This document shows, piece by piece, positions 39,192 to 48,043 of a DNA stretch of 64,000 nt; position 1 is the stretch's first letter; every line of letters starts with the position of its first letter. Both the position numbers and the translations under genes were made by a program. The stretch covers positions 32,001-96,000 of the IMG/VR virus record IMGVR_UViG_3300001528_000208, one strand, 5' to 3'. The notes below the pieces were generated by a model, which saw nothing but the letters and a program-made list of their open reading frames with translations, was not told the origin of the DNA and ran no database searches. Source of the stretch: a virus. Its lineage: Duplodnaviria > Caudoviricetes.

Positions 39192-40153
39192 AATATTATA
39201 TTTCAAACGGCATCAAAATTATCGAATGTCACCCCGACGAAGTATCAATCGTCATGGTTGACAAAGCCAAGAAGAACATCGCAGATTCCACCTATGTGAA
39301 TCTTGGTTTCTTCGCGGCTGGAACACAGAACGGTCAGAAGTACACCTATCCTGTTGGTGCCACCGTCTGTGATGTTGCTACTATTGGCGCAAAGACGCGC
39401 GAAATCTGCGGGCAGAACGGCAAGTTCACCGATGGAAAATATACCTGCGATTTCTATGACCTGTGGGGCGAACAATATAATAGGTTCTATCACAAGGCTG
39501 TTGATGTTTTTGCCATCGCCAACGGTAAACCCATCATCGAACGCATCGACCATCTGAAGCCAGAATATAGCTACTGCGCGGCTGGAATTGCTGTTATGAA
39601 GAACGGCGTTGCATCTGACTACCAGAAAGACGTGATTGGTTGTGGCTGGCAAGGCGGCGAAGTCTATAGCACCTATCACATTTTTGTGGGCTTGAAGCGC
39701 GGTTCTGACACAATCTACGTTATGGGCTTCCATACCAGTACCGGCAACATGATTACGTCCAAGGAAGCCTTCAAGAAATTCCACACCCTTGGTTTCACAG
39801 ACGTGTTGAAATTTGACGGTGGCGGAAGCGAAATCATGCGCGTAGACGGCGCGATTAAACACGCCACGCTGGAAAATCGCAGGATTTCTACGGCGCTGGT
39901 GATTAAGCCCAAGGTAGACGGAAAGAACCCTTATCCCGTTCCGAAGCGCACCCTTGTTCGCGGCTGTACTGGCGACGATGTACGCTGGCTACAGTGGCAG
40001 TTGGTTTATTGCGGTTTTGACCCCAAGGGCATTGACGGTAGTTTTGGCGGTGGTTGTCTTGAAGCCGTTAAGGCGTATCAAAAGTCGCGTGGTCTCGCAG
40101 TCGATGGTTCTGTTGGCCCTGCAACAAGGGCGAGTTTAATTGCGGAGGTGTAA
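39188..40153 (+). CDS. Phosphodiester-glycosidase (NAGPA-like) domain plus peptidoglycan-binding domain
   Basis: VNLGFF and FDGGGS motifs; C-terminal G.DVRWLQ..L...DGSFG...AVKAYQ...DG.VGPAT. Confidence 0.75.
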   Translation: MKYYISNGIKIIECHPDEVSIVMVDKAKKNIADSTYVNLGFFAAGTQNGQKYTYPVGATVCDVATIGAKTREICGQNGKFTDGKYTCDFYDLWGEQYNRFYHKAVDVFAIANGKPIIERIDHLKPEYSYCAAGIAVMKNGVASDYQKDVIGCGWQGGEVYSTYHIFVGLKRGSDTIYVMGFHTSTGNMITSKEAFKKFHTLGFTDVLKFDGGGSEIMRVDGAIKHATLENRRISTALVIKPKVDGKNPYPVPKRTLVRGCTGDDVRWLQWQLVYCGFDPKGIDGSFGGGCLEAVKAYQKSRGLAVDGSVGPATRASLIAEV

Positions 40154-40155
40154 TT

Positions 40156-40359
40156 ATGACAAGGGTTGAAAAAATTTTTAATCGTCTTACATGGATTTGC
40201 ATTGTTGCCGCCATTGTAAGCGGAATCTATGGCGCCACGCATGGCGAACAGCCGACGTGGCTTACAGTATTCCTGCTTGACGCTTTCGGCGTTATTGCCT
40301 ACGGTGCTTACACATGGGCGCGCTATCTTTTAGAAAAGGATGATAGGGATGGAATGTAA
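40156..40359 (+). CDS. Small two-TM membrane protein
   Basis: RBS GGAGGTG; two hydrophobic segments. Confidence 0.65.
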   Translation: MTRVEKIFNRLTWICIVAAIVSGIYGATHGEQPTWLTVFLLDAFGVIAYGAYTWARYLLEKDDRDGM

Positions 40360-40519
40360 TCCCGCCTGCATCTATTTTCCCACAACCGAAACCGTAGTTT
40401 CAGAAGAAATCGTTGACGGTGTGAAGCATCGCAAGGTGATTCGCCGCTGTGCATTTGATTCCTATGTTATCAGAACATGGGATAATTGCCACAGACCCGA
40501 AGGCGCACTTCTGAAATGA
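40349..40519 (+). CDS. Small hypothetical protein (not in the ORF track)
   Basis: 56-codon ORF filling the gap. Confidence 0.45.
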   Translation: MECNPACIYFPTTETVVSEEIVDGVKHRKVIRRCAFDSYVIRTWDNCHRPEGALLK

Positions 40520-40520
40520 C

Positions 40521-40549
40521 TTGACAGAAGCCTGTTTTTGTGCTATACT
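40521..40549 (+). promoter_or_regulatory. SigA-type promoter
   Basis: TTGACA-17-TGCTATACT. Confidence 0.75.
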
Positions 40550-40571
40550 ATCAGTATAACATGAAATCAAA

Positions 40572-41808
40572 GATATCCGCTATGCTTTAGCATAGTCGGC
40601 AAAAGAAAGAGAACTATATCGGAAAGGAAGTGATTGTAGATATGTTGATTGCCTACAAATATAGAATGTATCCAAATGAAGAACAGAAAACTTATTTTTC
40701 AAAATGCTTCGGTTGCGTCAGATTTATCTACAATCGTATGCTTGCTGATAAAATCGAGTTTTACAATAAGACAAAACAAAACCTGAAAAATACGCCAGCC
40801 CAATATAAAGACGAATTTCCATGGCTTCGAGAAGTCGATGCGCAAGCGTTGTCAAATGCTCAGATGAATTTACGGACAGCGTACAACAACTTCTTCAAGC
40901 GACCAGAAGTTGGGTTCCCAAAATTCAAAAGTAAGAAAACGCGATATGATTCTTATACTACAAATCAAGCCAATATCCGCGTGACAGAACGACACATTAA
41001 CCTTCCGAAAATTGGACTTGTCAGGATTAAGAAACACAGGAATTTTTTTGGAACAATCAAACACGCTACCATTACAAGAACGCCATCGGGAAAATATTAT
41101 GTTTCGGTTCTTGTTGAACAAGAAGATATTCCAAAGAAAATTCCATGTGATTCTGAACTTGGAATAGATTTGGGAATCAAGGGGTTCGCAACCACTTCTG
41201 ATGGCAAAGTGATTGAAAATCCGAAATACTTGAAAAAATCAGAAAAGAAACTGCGGAAGTTGCAGAAAGACTTGTCTCGTTGTAAAAAAGGAAGTAAAAA
41301 TCGAGATAAATGTAGAATTAAAGTTGCACGTTGTCACGAGAAAATAACGAATCAACGCAAGGACTTTCTAAACAAACTTTCAAAAAGACTGATTGATGAA
41401 AACCAAGTCATATGTCTGGAAACATTGAAAGTTAAGAATATGATGAAAAATCATAAACTCGCTAAGTCTATTGCTGATGTATCATGGTCAGAATTTGTAC
41501 GACAACTGGAATACAAAGCAAACTGGTACGGAAGAGAAATTGTGAAAATTGATTCGTGGTATCCAAGTTCGCAGTTGTGTAGTAAATGCGGATACAAAAA
41601 TACAGAAATAAAGGATTTGTCTGTTAGAGAATGGGTGTGTCCGCAATGTGGAACTGTTCACGATAGAGACATTAACGCTGCAATAAATATTCTTAATGAA
41701 GGATTGAGAATAAGAACCGTAGGAACTACGGGGATAGCCTAAGTAAACTTGTCTCGTTAGAGATATTGATTAGGAAGCACCGGTGCTTTATCATCGTGTG
41801 TAGTTCAC
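40572..41808 (+). mobile_element. IS200/IS605-family (IS1341-like, tnpB-only) element; boundaries approximate
   Basis: Subterminal hairpins share a TGCTTTA core (40580-40595, 41781-41796). The right end reads GTAGTTCAC, and an omega-RNA-like 3' region overlaps the tnpB end. Confidence 0.7.
40630..41742 (+). CDS. tnpB: TnpB RNA-guided nuclease
   Basis: [29 protein letters not shown] and [11 protein letters not shown] motifs. Confidence 0.95.
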   Translation: MIVDMLIAYKYRMYPNEEQKTYFSKCFGCVRFIYNRMLADKIEFYNKTKQNLKNTPAQYKDEFPWLREVDAQALSNAQMNLRTAYNNFFKRPEVGFPKFKSKKTRYDSYTTNQANIRVTERHINLPKIGLVRIKKHRNFFGTIKHATITRTPSGKYYVSVLVEQEDIPKKIPCDSELGIDLGIKGFATTSDGKVIENPKYLKKSEKKLRKLQKDLSRCKKGSKNRDKCRIKVARCHEKITNQRKDFLNKLSKRLIDENQVICLETLKVKNMMKNHKLAKSIADVSWSEFVRQLEYKANWYGREIVKIDSWYPSSQLCSKCGYKNTEIKDLSVREWVCPQCGTVHDRDINAAINILNEGLRIRTVGTTGIA

Positions 41809-41849
41809 CATGAGACAGGCTTCTTTTTAGCCGATTTTAGGGGTACGTT

Positions 41850-42371
41850 ATGGAATGGGTGAACATTGACGGTTATAAATACGTCTATCAAATCAACACT
41901 GAAGGTCAAGTGCGTTGGCTTGATGCATACGGCATCGCGCATATCGTGCGTCCATATACTGCTGGACAGAAGCGCACACGAATTACAATGACACGCGCAG
42001 ATGGCGTGAAAATTTCTGTGGCTGTTGTGAATTTGATGGCAGACGCTTTCATGGGTGGACGTCTGGAAGGATACAATATTATCCATAAGAACGGTTGTAA
42101 ATACGACAACCGACTGTCGAATCTACAGTTTGCCACCAAAGAAGAAACCGCGCAAATGTCTGCCAGCAACAGGCGTAAGCCCGTGCTTAAAATGTTGTAT
42201 GACCGCACGATTGTTGACATTTATCCGTCAGCGACCAAAGCGGCAAAGGCAAACTATATCAGCCTAACAGTTATGTGTGGGCTATGCAAAGGAAATTTTG
42301 AAGATTCTTGCCGTGTTGACGGCTTCTATTACCAATATGAAAATCTTGAAAGGGGCGAACATCGTGGATAA
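41850..42371 (+). CDS. NUMOD4/HNH-type endonuclease-like protein
   Basis: W..IDGY...YQINTEGQVR; HKNGCKYDNRLSNL. Confidence 0.8.
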   Translation: MEWVNIDGYKYVYQINTEGQVRWLDAYGIAHIVRPYTAGQKRTRITMTRADGVKISVAVVNLMADAFMGGRLEGYNIIHKNGCKYDNRLSNLQFATKEETAQMSASNRRKPVLKMLYDRTIVDIYPSATKAAKANYISLTVMCGLCKGNFEDSCRVDGFYYQYENLERGEHRG

Positions 42372-42588
42372 TATTTGGAACGTTGTTTATAAGCTTCGTC
42401 GCGCACATTTCAACAAGAAATTATGTCGTGAAGCTGCTGACGTAATCGAAAATCTGGCGCGTGAACGCGACTATCACATGGAATTGCACAAGGACGCAAG
42501 AGCAGAATGTGAAGCGATACTTGCCGACATTGTGCGGTTGCAGAACGAATTGGCAGATGCTACGAAATATATAAAAGACCATTTTTAA
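42364..42588 (+). CDS. Hypothetical protein
   Basis: EAADVIENL helical motif. Confidence 0.55.
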   Translation: MDNIWNVVYKLRRAHFNKKLCREAADVIENLARERDYHMELHKDARAECEAILADIVRLQNELADATKYIKDHF

Positions 42589-42599
42589 GGCGGTGCGGC

Positions 42600-43145
42600 A
42601 TGGCAATTTTCTATATTTCTGACACGCATTTTGGGCACAAGAACGTTCTGAAATATGACAATCGCCCATATTTCACCGTAACCGAAATGGACGCCGACCT
42701 TATCAAGCGCTGGAATGATGCTGTGAAGCCGACCGATACTGTTTACCATCTTGGTGATTTTTCATGGTATAAGCCAGCGGAAGAAAGCGCGATTCTTCAA
42801 CAGTTGAATGGCGAAAAGATTCTGATTCGCGGCAATCACGATTATAAGCCGACTGCCGAATGGAAAGATATTTTACCGTTTGCTGAAATTGTTGATAACG
42901 GTCGCCACGTCATTCTGTCGCATTTTCCCCTCGCGTCTTATAAAAACATGACGCACGGATATTGTCATCTGTATGGACACGTCCACAATTCATTTGAAGA
43001 TGGATTGTTTGACGCATATCGCCGTGCTTGGGAAAAGCATTATGAAAAGCAGATGCGGTCTTTTAACGTGGGTTGCATGAATCCGTTGATGGATTATATG
43101 CCGCGAACGCTGGACGAAATCTGCGACTTCTGCGGATGGACTTGA
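42600..43145 (+). CDS. Calcineurin-like metallophosphoesterase
   Basis: SDTHFGH, LGD, GNHD, HFP and GHVH motifs. Confidence 0.92.
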   Translation: MAIFYISDTHFGHKNVLKYDNRPYFTVTEMDADLIKRWNDAVKPTDTVYHLGDFSWYKPAEESAILQQLNGEKILIRGNHDYKPTAEWKDILPFAEIVDNGRHVILSHFPLASYKNMTHGYCHLYGHVHNSFEDGLFDAYRRAWEKHYEKQMRSFNVGCMNPLMDYMPRTLDEICDFCGWT

Positions 43146-43195
43146 CAATAACTTTAATTTGTGCTAATATAATAGCATAAGGATGGTGGACAAAA

Positions 43196-43483
43196 ATGAA
43201 CGACTTTGACAAGGCTCTTGATTTTATTCGGAATCACTACTTTTCAATCCTTGTGTTCAACAAGGGTACAAAAGAACTATATGAACGTATCTGTAAAAGG
43301 TATGATGCCGTGCGTGTTGAATACGACGATGCTGTCGGGCTTAGGTTTGGTCTCTATAGGTACGCTGGATATTCAATTTATCCTGCACGATGCTATGAAA
43401 TTTCCGACGGCAGAGGATATTACGACGGTCAGTGGTATTCCGTTCTGTCGTTCGATAGGCGTCCGACGGCAAAGGTGGTGTAA
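43196..43483 (+). CDS. Hypothetical protein, C-terminus AKVV
   Basis: Downstream of a promoter at 43142-43170. Confidence 0.65.
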   Translation: MNDFDKALDFIRNHYFSILVFNKGTKELYERICKRYDAVRVEYDDAVGLRFGLYRYAGYSIYPARCYEISDGRGYYDGQWYSVLSFDRRPTAKVV

Positions 43484-43485
43484 CT

Positions 43486-43689
43486 ATGTTCAAAGTCGGT
43501 CAAGTTGTTTGGTGTAAGAAAAGGTATCAATACAGCGTTACAAATTATCACGTCAAATGCAGGGTGGTTAAAACGTCTGCAACCTGCGCCATTCGCGTTC
43601 GTGTTATGGAAGGTCATTATTCTGGCAACGAATATCCCGTAGACGGAAGCTATTTTGAATTGGTGCAAAAGAAGGCGGTGGTTGTATGA
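43486..43689 (+). CDS. Small SH3/KOW-like protein, C-terminus AVVV
   Basis: MFKVGQVVWC...TNYHVKC.V. Confidence 0.7.
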   Translation: MFKVGQVVWCKKRYQYSVTNYHVKCRVVKTSATCAIRVRVMEGHYSGNEYPVDGSYFELVQKKAVVV

Positions 43690-43919
43690 AATTCTCGGAT
43701 TTTCGCAAGGGCGACCTTGTGTTTTCTGATGGGAACAAGGGGCGCGTCTGGACTGTTGTAGAAACATCCGCCGTCGGCGTAAGGCTGCTTTGCACACATT
43801 TCCGCGAAGGTGATAAGGTCGGTGAAAAGCTGGGTAAATTCAGCACCTGCGAACCGACTTGGTTCACAGGAAATCCAAAGATTCTTCATGTCGTTTCGCG
43901 TTCTGCAAGGGTAATATAA
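43686..43919 (+). CDS. Small SH3/KOW-like protein, C-terminus ARVI
   Basis: FRKGDLV. Confidence 0.65.
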   Translation: MKFSDFRKGDLVFSDGNKGRVWTVVETSAVGVRLLCTHFREGDKVGEKLGKFSTCEPTWFTGNPKILHVVSRSARVI

Positions 43920-43920
43920 T

Positions 43921-44160
43921 ATGGCAAGACTGAAAGCTGAAAAACTGATTCCCGCCTGTCCTATCTGTGGCAACAATATGCAGGTGGAATATAGCGCCAA
44001 CATGAACCAGATTGCTGGAACTGCCGATTGGCATTTGGATTTTGCACCACGCATTAAAATGTGCGCAGACTGTAACAAATCGCTGGTGGAAACTGTGAAC
44101 AAGTGGTTCAAAAAGCAGGATAAAACCGGATTTTATCGTAAGAAGTGGGTGAAAACATGA
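43921..44160 (+). CDS. Zn-ribbon protein
   Basis: CPICG...CADC. Confidence 0.65.
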   Translation: MARLKAEKLIPACPICGNNMQVEYSANMNQIAGTADWHLDFAPRIKMCADCNKSLVETVNKWFKKQDKTGFYRKKWVKT

Positions 44161-44381
44161 ACTTTAACATTGGCGATGTCGTCTGGTGCATCGACCCAAC
44201 CAATAACGGCGGACGTTATCCAATCACCCACTATCATCGTCCTTGCGAAGTTGTGCAAGTCAGAAAAGAAGAAATTCGCGTCAAAGTTCTTGGCGAATGT
44301 GATTACGGCGTCAAGAATCTTGAATTTTGGGTTGACAGAAAGCTGTTTCAGCGTGTAGAATCGAAGGCGAAGGTGATTTGA
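44157..44381 (+). CDS. Small SH3/KOW-like protein, C-terminus AKVI
   Basis: FNIGDVVWC...THYHRPC.V. Confidence 0.7.
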   Translation: MNFNIGDVVWCIDPTNNGGRYPITHYHRPCEVVQVRKEEIRVKVLGECDYGVKNLEFWVDRKLFQRVESKAKVI

Positions 44382-44692
44382 TGAATCTTCGTGAAGAAAT
44401 CGGCGGCGTCAGGCTGAACTGGCAAAAACTTGACGGCATCAATGATATAAAAACGATTCCGTTTATAAATTTTTCCGAAGTCGTTGTGCTTGTCGAATCA
44501 GACAATGATGCCGTGTCTTTTCTTAGAAAAATCGACAAAATATACTGGCATGGCAACTACCTGTGGTTTAATCAAGATGGTGAATATGCTGGATGGGATA
44601 GTGACCTTGACTGGTATCCATCCGAAGATGAAAAATGGGAAACGATTGGAACGTTCTATATTCCCGAAAGAAAGGCGGCGAAAGTTTTATGA
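44381..44692 (+). CDS. Hypothetical protein, C-terminus AKVL
   Basis: TGATG-coupled. Confidence 0.65.
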   Translation: MNLREEIGGVRLNWQKLDGINDIKTIPFINFSEVVVLVESDNDAVSFLRKIDKIYWHGNYLWFNQDGEYAGWDSDLDWYPSEDEKWETIGTFYIPERKAAKVL

Positions 44693-44946
44693 AATACTAC
44701 TGTAACGTTTATCCGCGCGATGGTCGCGACCTTACCTATGTTCACGAAATGGTTAATGGCAAGGTCGTAACCGACCTTGAAAACATCAACGTTGGCGAAC
44801 GTGGTTATATCCGTCCTGCTAATGGTGGCGGCGTTCACACGTCCACAATTCAGGAAGTGGATTATCTGTGCGATGGCGATATTCGCATTGTAACGCGCAA
44901 CAGTATCTATGAACTCACAAGGATGGGTGACGACGATGCGCCTTGA
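44689..44946 (+). CDS. Hypothetical protein
   Basis: HTS.I......I.TRNSIY motif. Confidence 0.65.
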   Translation: MKYYCNVYPRDGRDLTYVHEMVNGKVVTDLENINVGERGYIRPANGGGVHTSTIQEVDYLCDGDIRIVTRNSIYELTRMGDDDAP

Positions 44947-45160
44947 GTGGCTTGATAGGAAGGGCGACCGCACGTTCGTAGGTAATGCTGATAACGTAGA
45001 CCAAGCGTTGGACATGATTGGCGACTGGTGTAAAGAACACGATTTTCAGTCGTTCTATGTGCGGTGGTGCGAATTTTCAGACCATTATTGGTTCGATTAC
45101 GGATCGCACACCTGCTTCTTTGAACTTGCAAAAGGTCTTGACAAAGCGCAAGTTGTGTGA
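44936..45160 (+). CDS. Hypothetical protein, C-terminus AQVV
   Basis: DYGSHT.FF motif. Confidence 0.65.
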   Translation: MRLEWLDRKGDRTFVGNADNVDQALDMIGDWCKEHDFQSFYVRWCEFSDHYWFDYGSHTCFFELAKGLDKAQVV

Positions 45161-45166
45161 TATTAT
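45138..45166 (+). promoter_or_regulatory. SigA-type promoter of ncRNA-1
   Basis: TTGACA-17-TGATATTAT. Confidence 0.8.
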
Positions 45167-45180
45167 AATGTCATAGCACA

Positions 45181-45452
45181 AATCGGCGTGTGTTTGGTGG
45201 AATAGCTGGTGACACCTAAAATAACCCAGCGACCAGCCTGAAAGGGCATTGACACTGGCGCGTTCCAAGGGGCGCGTTAAGCCAAAACCGGTATTTTGTG
45301 GCAACAAACAAGGGTTTCCTCCGGTATATAAGGTGGTGCGAAATCATCCCATCTAAAATTACTATACTGATGGGCATTGTTGCGAACGGCAATAGCGGAT
45401 ACGGATGTTTGATGGGGCGTCAAGCCGTATAGCGATTAAACCCCTGCCGATT
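45181..45452 (+). ncRNA. Putative structured ncRNA-1 (~275 nt), family not recognised
   Basis: Own promoter; terminal helix AATCGGCG../..TGCCGATT; several internal hairpins; module shared with ncRNA-2. Confidence 0.7.
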
Positions 45453-45472
45453 CTATTTTTTAGGTGGTCAAT

Positions 45473-45763
45473 ATGGCTAAGAAATTTTTTGCATCATTCG
45501 AATCAGTTCCAAACGATTTCGCCGCAGCTAAACTGCGCCTTGGCGAATTTGGTGTGATTCGCGCCAATGGTAATCGCTACAACGTCCTGCCCGTTAAGGA
45601 CAAGACGCCGCTGGATGTTGGCGACAGCGTGTTTACCCGCGCTGGTGGCAATTATGGCATCTACGATATTATTGCGATTGACGACCGCTGGTTTTCTGTT
45701 GGCAAAGGCGACAAGAAAAAGGGTCGCGTTGTGCGTGCTGATATCTATGGGAAGGTGGTCTAA
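45473..45763 (+). CDS. Hypothetical protein, C-terminus GKVV
   Basis: RBS AGGTGG. Confidence 0.65.
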   Translation: MAKKFFASFESVPNDFAAAKLRLGEFGVIRANGNRYNVLPVKDKTPLDVGDSVFTRAGGNYGIYDIIAIDDRWFSVGKGDKKKGRVVRADIYGKVV

Positions 45764-45975
45764 TGAGAAACTATCCAGCTAAGGTTGGCGACCTGCTAAA
45801 ATATGGTTCGACCATATATCGCGTTGTTGGCGTGAATGAATATGGGCGTGTCGATGTGCGACGTGCGTATGTGTTTTCAGGCAAAAATCCTGTTAAAAGC
45901 GATGGTGAACTTATACCAGATATTACTGTAACTGCTTTTGACCGTCGGTTTTTCATTTCTGCGAAGGTGATATAA
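45763..45975 (+). CDS. Small SH3/KOW-like protein, C-terminus AKVI
   Basis: KVGDLL...IYRV; paralog of the next gene. Confidence 0.7.
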   Translation: MRNYPAKVGDLLKYGSTIYRVVGVNEYGRVDVRRAYVFSGKNPVKSDGELIPDITVTAFDRRFFISAKVI

Positions 45976-46199
45976 TGACAAGGGGATATAAACCTAAAGT
46001 CGGACATTTCTTGTGGTATTGTGGTCACATATACCGCATCTTAAAGGTACATGACGACAACAACCATGTTGACGTTCTGCATCATAGTTATAAGACTGTC
46101 GCTGGAAATTTCGTAAAGGTAAGCGATGATGTTCCACTGACATATATAACAGCAGATTCTTTTGAAAAGCGATTTATTCCGTCAGCAAGGGTGGTTTGA
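45975..46199 (+). CDS. Small SH3/KOW-like protein, C-terminus ARVV
   Basis: KVGHFL...IYRI. Confidence 0.7.
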   Translation: MTRGYKPKVGHFLWYCGHIYRILKVHDDNNHVDVLHHSYKTVAGNFVKVSDDVPLTYITADSFEKRFIPSARVV

Positions 46200-46201
46200 C
46201 T

Positions 46202-46408
46202 ATGAAATTCAGGGTTGGTCAGCTTGTTTGGTGCAATACCACCGGACAGTATGTTCAGACGGATTATCACGTCAAGTGTATTGTAACGAACGTTTTAAGA
46301 AACGACTACATTACCGTGCGTATTACCGAAGGAAGATACGCTGGAAACGAATGGGATGTCGAAACCATTTTCTTTGAACTGGTGCAAAACCGCGCAAAAA
46401 TTATCTAA
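46202..46408 (+). CDS. Small SH3/KOW-like protein, C-terminus AKII
   Basis: FRVGQLVWC...TDYHVKC.V; close paralog of 43486. Confidence 0.7.
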   Translation: MKFRVGQLVWCNTTGQYVQTDYHVKCIVTNVLRNDYITVRITEGRYAGNEWDVETIFFELVQNRAKII

Positions 46409-46425
46409 GCAATAAGGAGTACAAC

Positions 46426-46974
46426 ATGAAAGACATCAAGAAGCTTTTCCTTTGGATGTGCGTCTGCTGGACGTTTATTTCTACTGTCATGCCACTTTTG
46501 GCACCAGTAGAAGAAGAACCTGTTAAAGTGCTGGTGCGAACAGAATTGTTTCACCACACTGATTATGTAGAAGTCTACGTCGAACCGACGCCATATTTCT
46601 TTGTGACGTCAACCGAACGCGAAATGCTGGCACGTCTATTATGGACGGAAGCGCGTGGTGAATCCATGGAATGTCAGCGCGCCGTTGTAAGCGTAGTGTT
46701 TAATCGCGTGAAGTCCGACGATTTCCCCAACAGCATCGAAGAAGTTGTCAAGCAGAATAGTGGTGGCGTTCCACAGTTTGATTTAGGCAATAAACTTGGA
46801 AATGTGACACCGAATGAAATGCAATACGAGGCGGTGGATTATGTCATTTGTAATGGATGCACAGTGCCTGATTGGGTGTGCTATTTCCGCAGTCGCCATC
46901 ATTTTAATTGGCGAGGGTACACACCTTATGCGCAAATTGATAGGACATATTTCGGCGGTTACGAATGGGCTTGA
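46426..46974 (+). CDS. SleB-like cell wall hydrolase (Hydrolase_2) with an N-terminal signal/anchor
   Basis: LARLLWTEARGE...V.NRV.S..FPNSI..V..Q. Confidence 0.88.
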   Translation: MKDIKKLFLWMCVCWTFISTVMPLLAPVEEEPVKVLVRTELFHHTDYVEVYVEPTPYFFVTSTEREMLARLLWTEARGESMECQRAVVSVVFNRVKSDDFPNSIEEVVKQNSGGVPQFDLGNKLGNVTPNEMQYEAVDYVICNGCTVPDWVCYFRSRHHFNWRGYTPYAQIDRTYFGGYEWA

Positions 46975-47041
46975 CAAAATATAAACAGCGTGCTATTATA
47001 TATAATACAGCGGCAAACCCGCTTATTGAGGAGGACGAAAA

Positions 47042-47269
47042 ATGAAAAAGGACTGTTTCGGCTGTAACGGCATGGGCGGATGTTCCGTTCTTTCTGGCGA
47101 TCCAACTTGTGATGTGTGCCATTTCTATGCGACACGCGAACAGGTTGATGCGGCAAGGGCGGATGCAGACGCAAGGCTTGACGCCAAGGGTCTACGCAGA
47201 ACGATTGTGGTGCGCAACGATGTGCAAATCATGACCGTTGTTCCGATTAAGAAGGAGGTGCTGGCATGA
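47042..47269 (+). CDS. Small Cys-rich protein
   Basis: Downstream of a promoter at 46971; DCFG...C.VL...C..C.FY.T. Confidence 0.7.
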   Translation: MKKDCFGCNGMGGCSVLSGDPTCDVCHFYATREQVDAARADADARLDAKGLRRTIVVRNDVQIMTVVPIKKEVLA

Positions 47270-47841
47270 TTTCGTATCGCGGAACTGAACCCGATATCAA
47301 GATGTCACAGGCGGTGTACAATGAACTGCGCAAATATGCAGTTGCCAGTTCGACGAGGATGATGGCTATTTTCCTGAAGATTGACAAGGACGGTAGCACA
47401 TATCGCGTTAAGGAAATCTATATTCCCGAACAGAACTGTAACACGGCGCATTGCATTATTGCAGATGCGGAACTTCGTAAGCTGGGTGCAGAATATATCG
47501 GTCTTTGTCGCACTGGTCATGGCACAAAGCTTGACTTTTCAAAAGACGATGTTGAACTGTTTGACAAGTCTTTCCTTGGCGTGGAAGATTACGTCTGTAT
47601 GAATTTCACGCTGGGTGGCAATATGTCGGCAGACATTGTTGTTGGCGACCTGACCTTTGAAGATGTTCGCATCATGGTGATGCCGGAGTTCAAGAAGGAA
47701 GAACTGGATGCTGCGCGGGATTATGTCGATGATCGTGTCAAGGATTGGACGTATAAGGATGGCTATACTGCCCGTGAACGCGGTAATTATGTCCCGACGC
47801 CGCTATTGACCGAACGCATCGGTTGGCGGGACGTTGTTTGA
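47266..47841 (+). CDS. Hypothetical protein, possibly a degenerate JAB/MPN fold
   Basis: V.EIYIPEQ...IG....H....FS..D pattern lacking the canonical HSH. Confidence 0.4.
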   Translation: MISYRGTEPDIKMSQAVYNELRKYAVASSTRMMAIFLKIDKDGSTYRVKEIYIPEQNCNTAHCIIADAELRKLGAEYIGLCRTGHGTKLDFSKDDVELFDKSFLGVEDYVCMNFTLGGNMSADIVVGDLTFEDVRIMVMPEFKKEELDAARDYVDDRVKDWTYKDGYTARERGNYVPTPLLTERIGWRDVV

Positions 47842-47860
47842 AGGAAGGTTGTGAAATGGA

Positions 47861-48043
47861 TTGGCGTTTAAGGGTGAAAAGATTGTCCATTCGCCACGAA
47901 TGTGCGAATATTTGTTGGCGCATGGCGGAAAGCTGTTAAAAACAAAGCGCGACCTGAAAGATGTAACAAGAAAAATCTACATATTCGACGAAAAATCCAT
48001 CAATGGGATTATCGGCGGGTATAAGAAAGAAGGAGTACGATGA
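47861..48043 (+). CDS. Small hypothetical protein
   Basis: YLL..G.......D.......IF pattern. Confidence 0.5.
   Translation: MAFKGEKIVHSPRMCEYLLAHGGKLLKTKRDLKDVTRKIYIFDEKSINGIIGGYKKEGVR

Noticed and set aside
45181-45452. ncRNA-1 as tmRNA, RNase P, SRP or a group I intron
   Set aside because: It lacks tmRNA tRNA-like ends, the RNase P GAGGAAAGUCC core, the SRP loop motif and group I P7 signatures, and it does not interrupt a gene.
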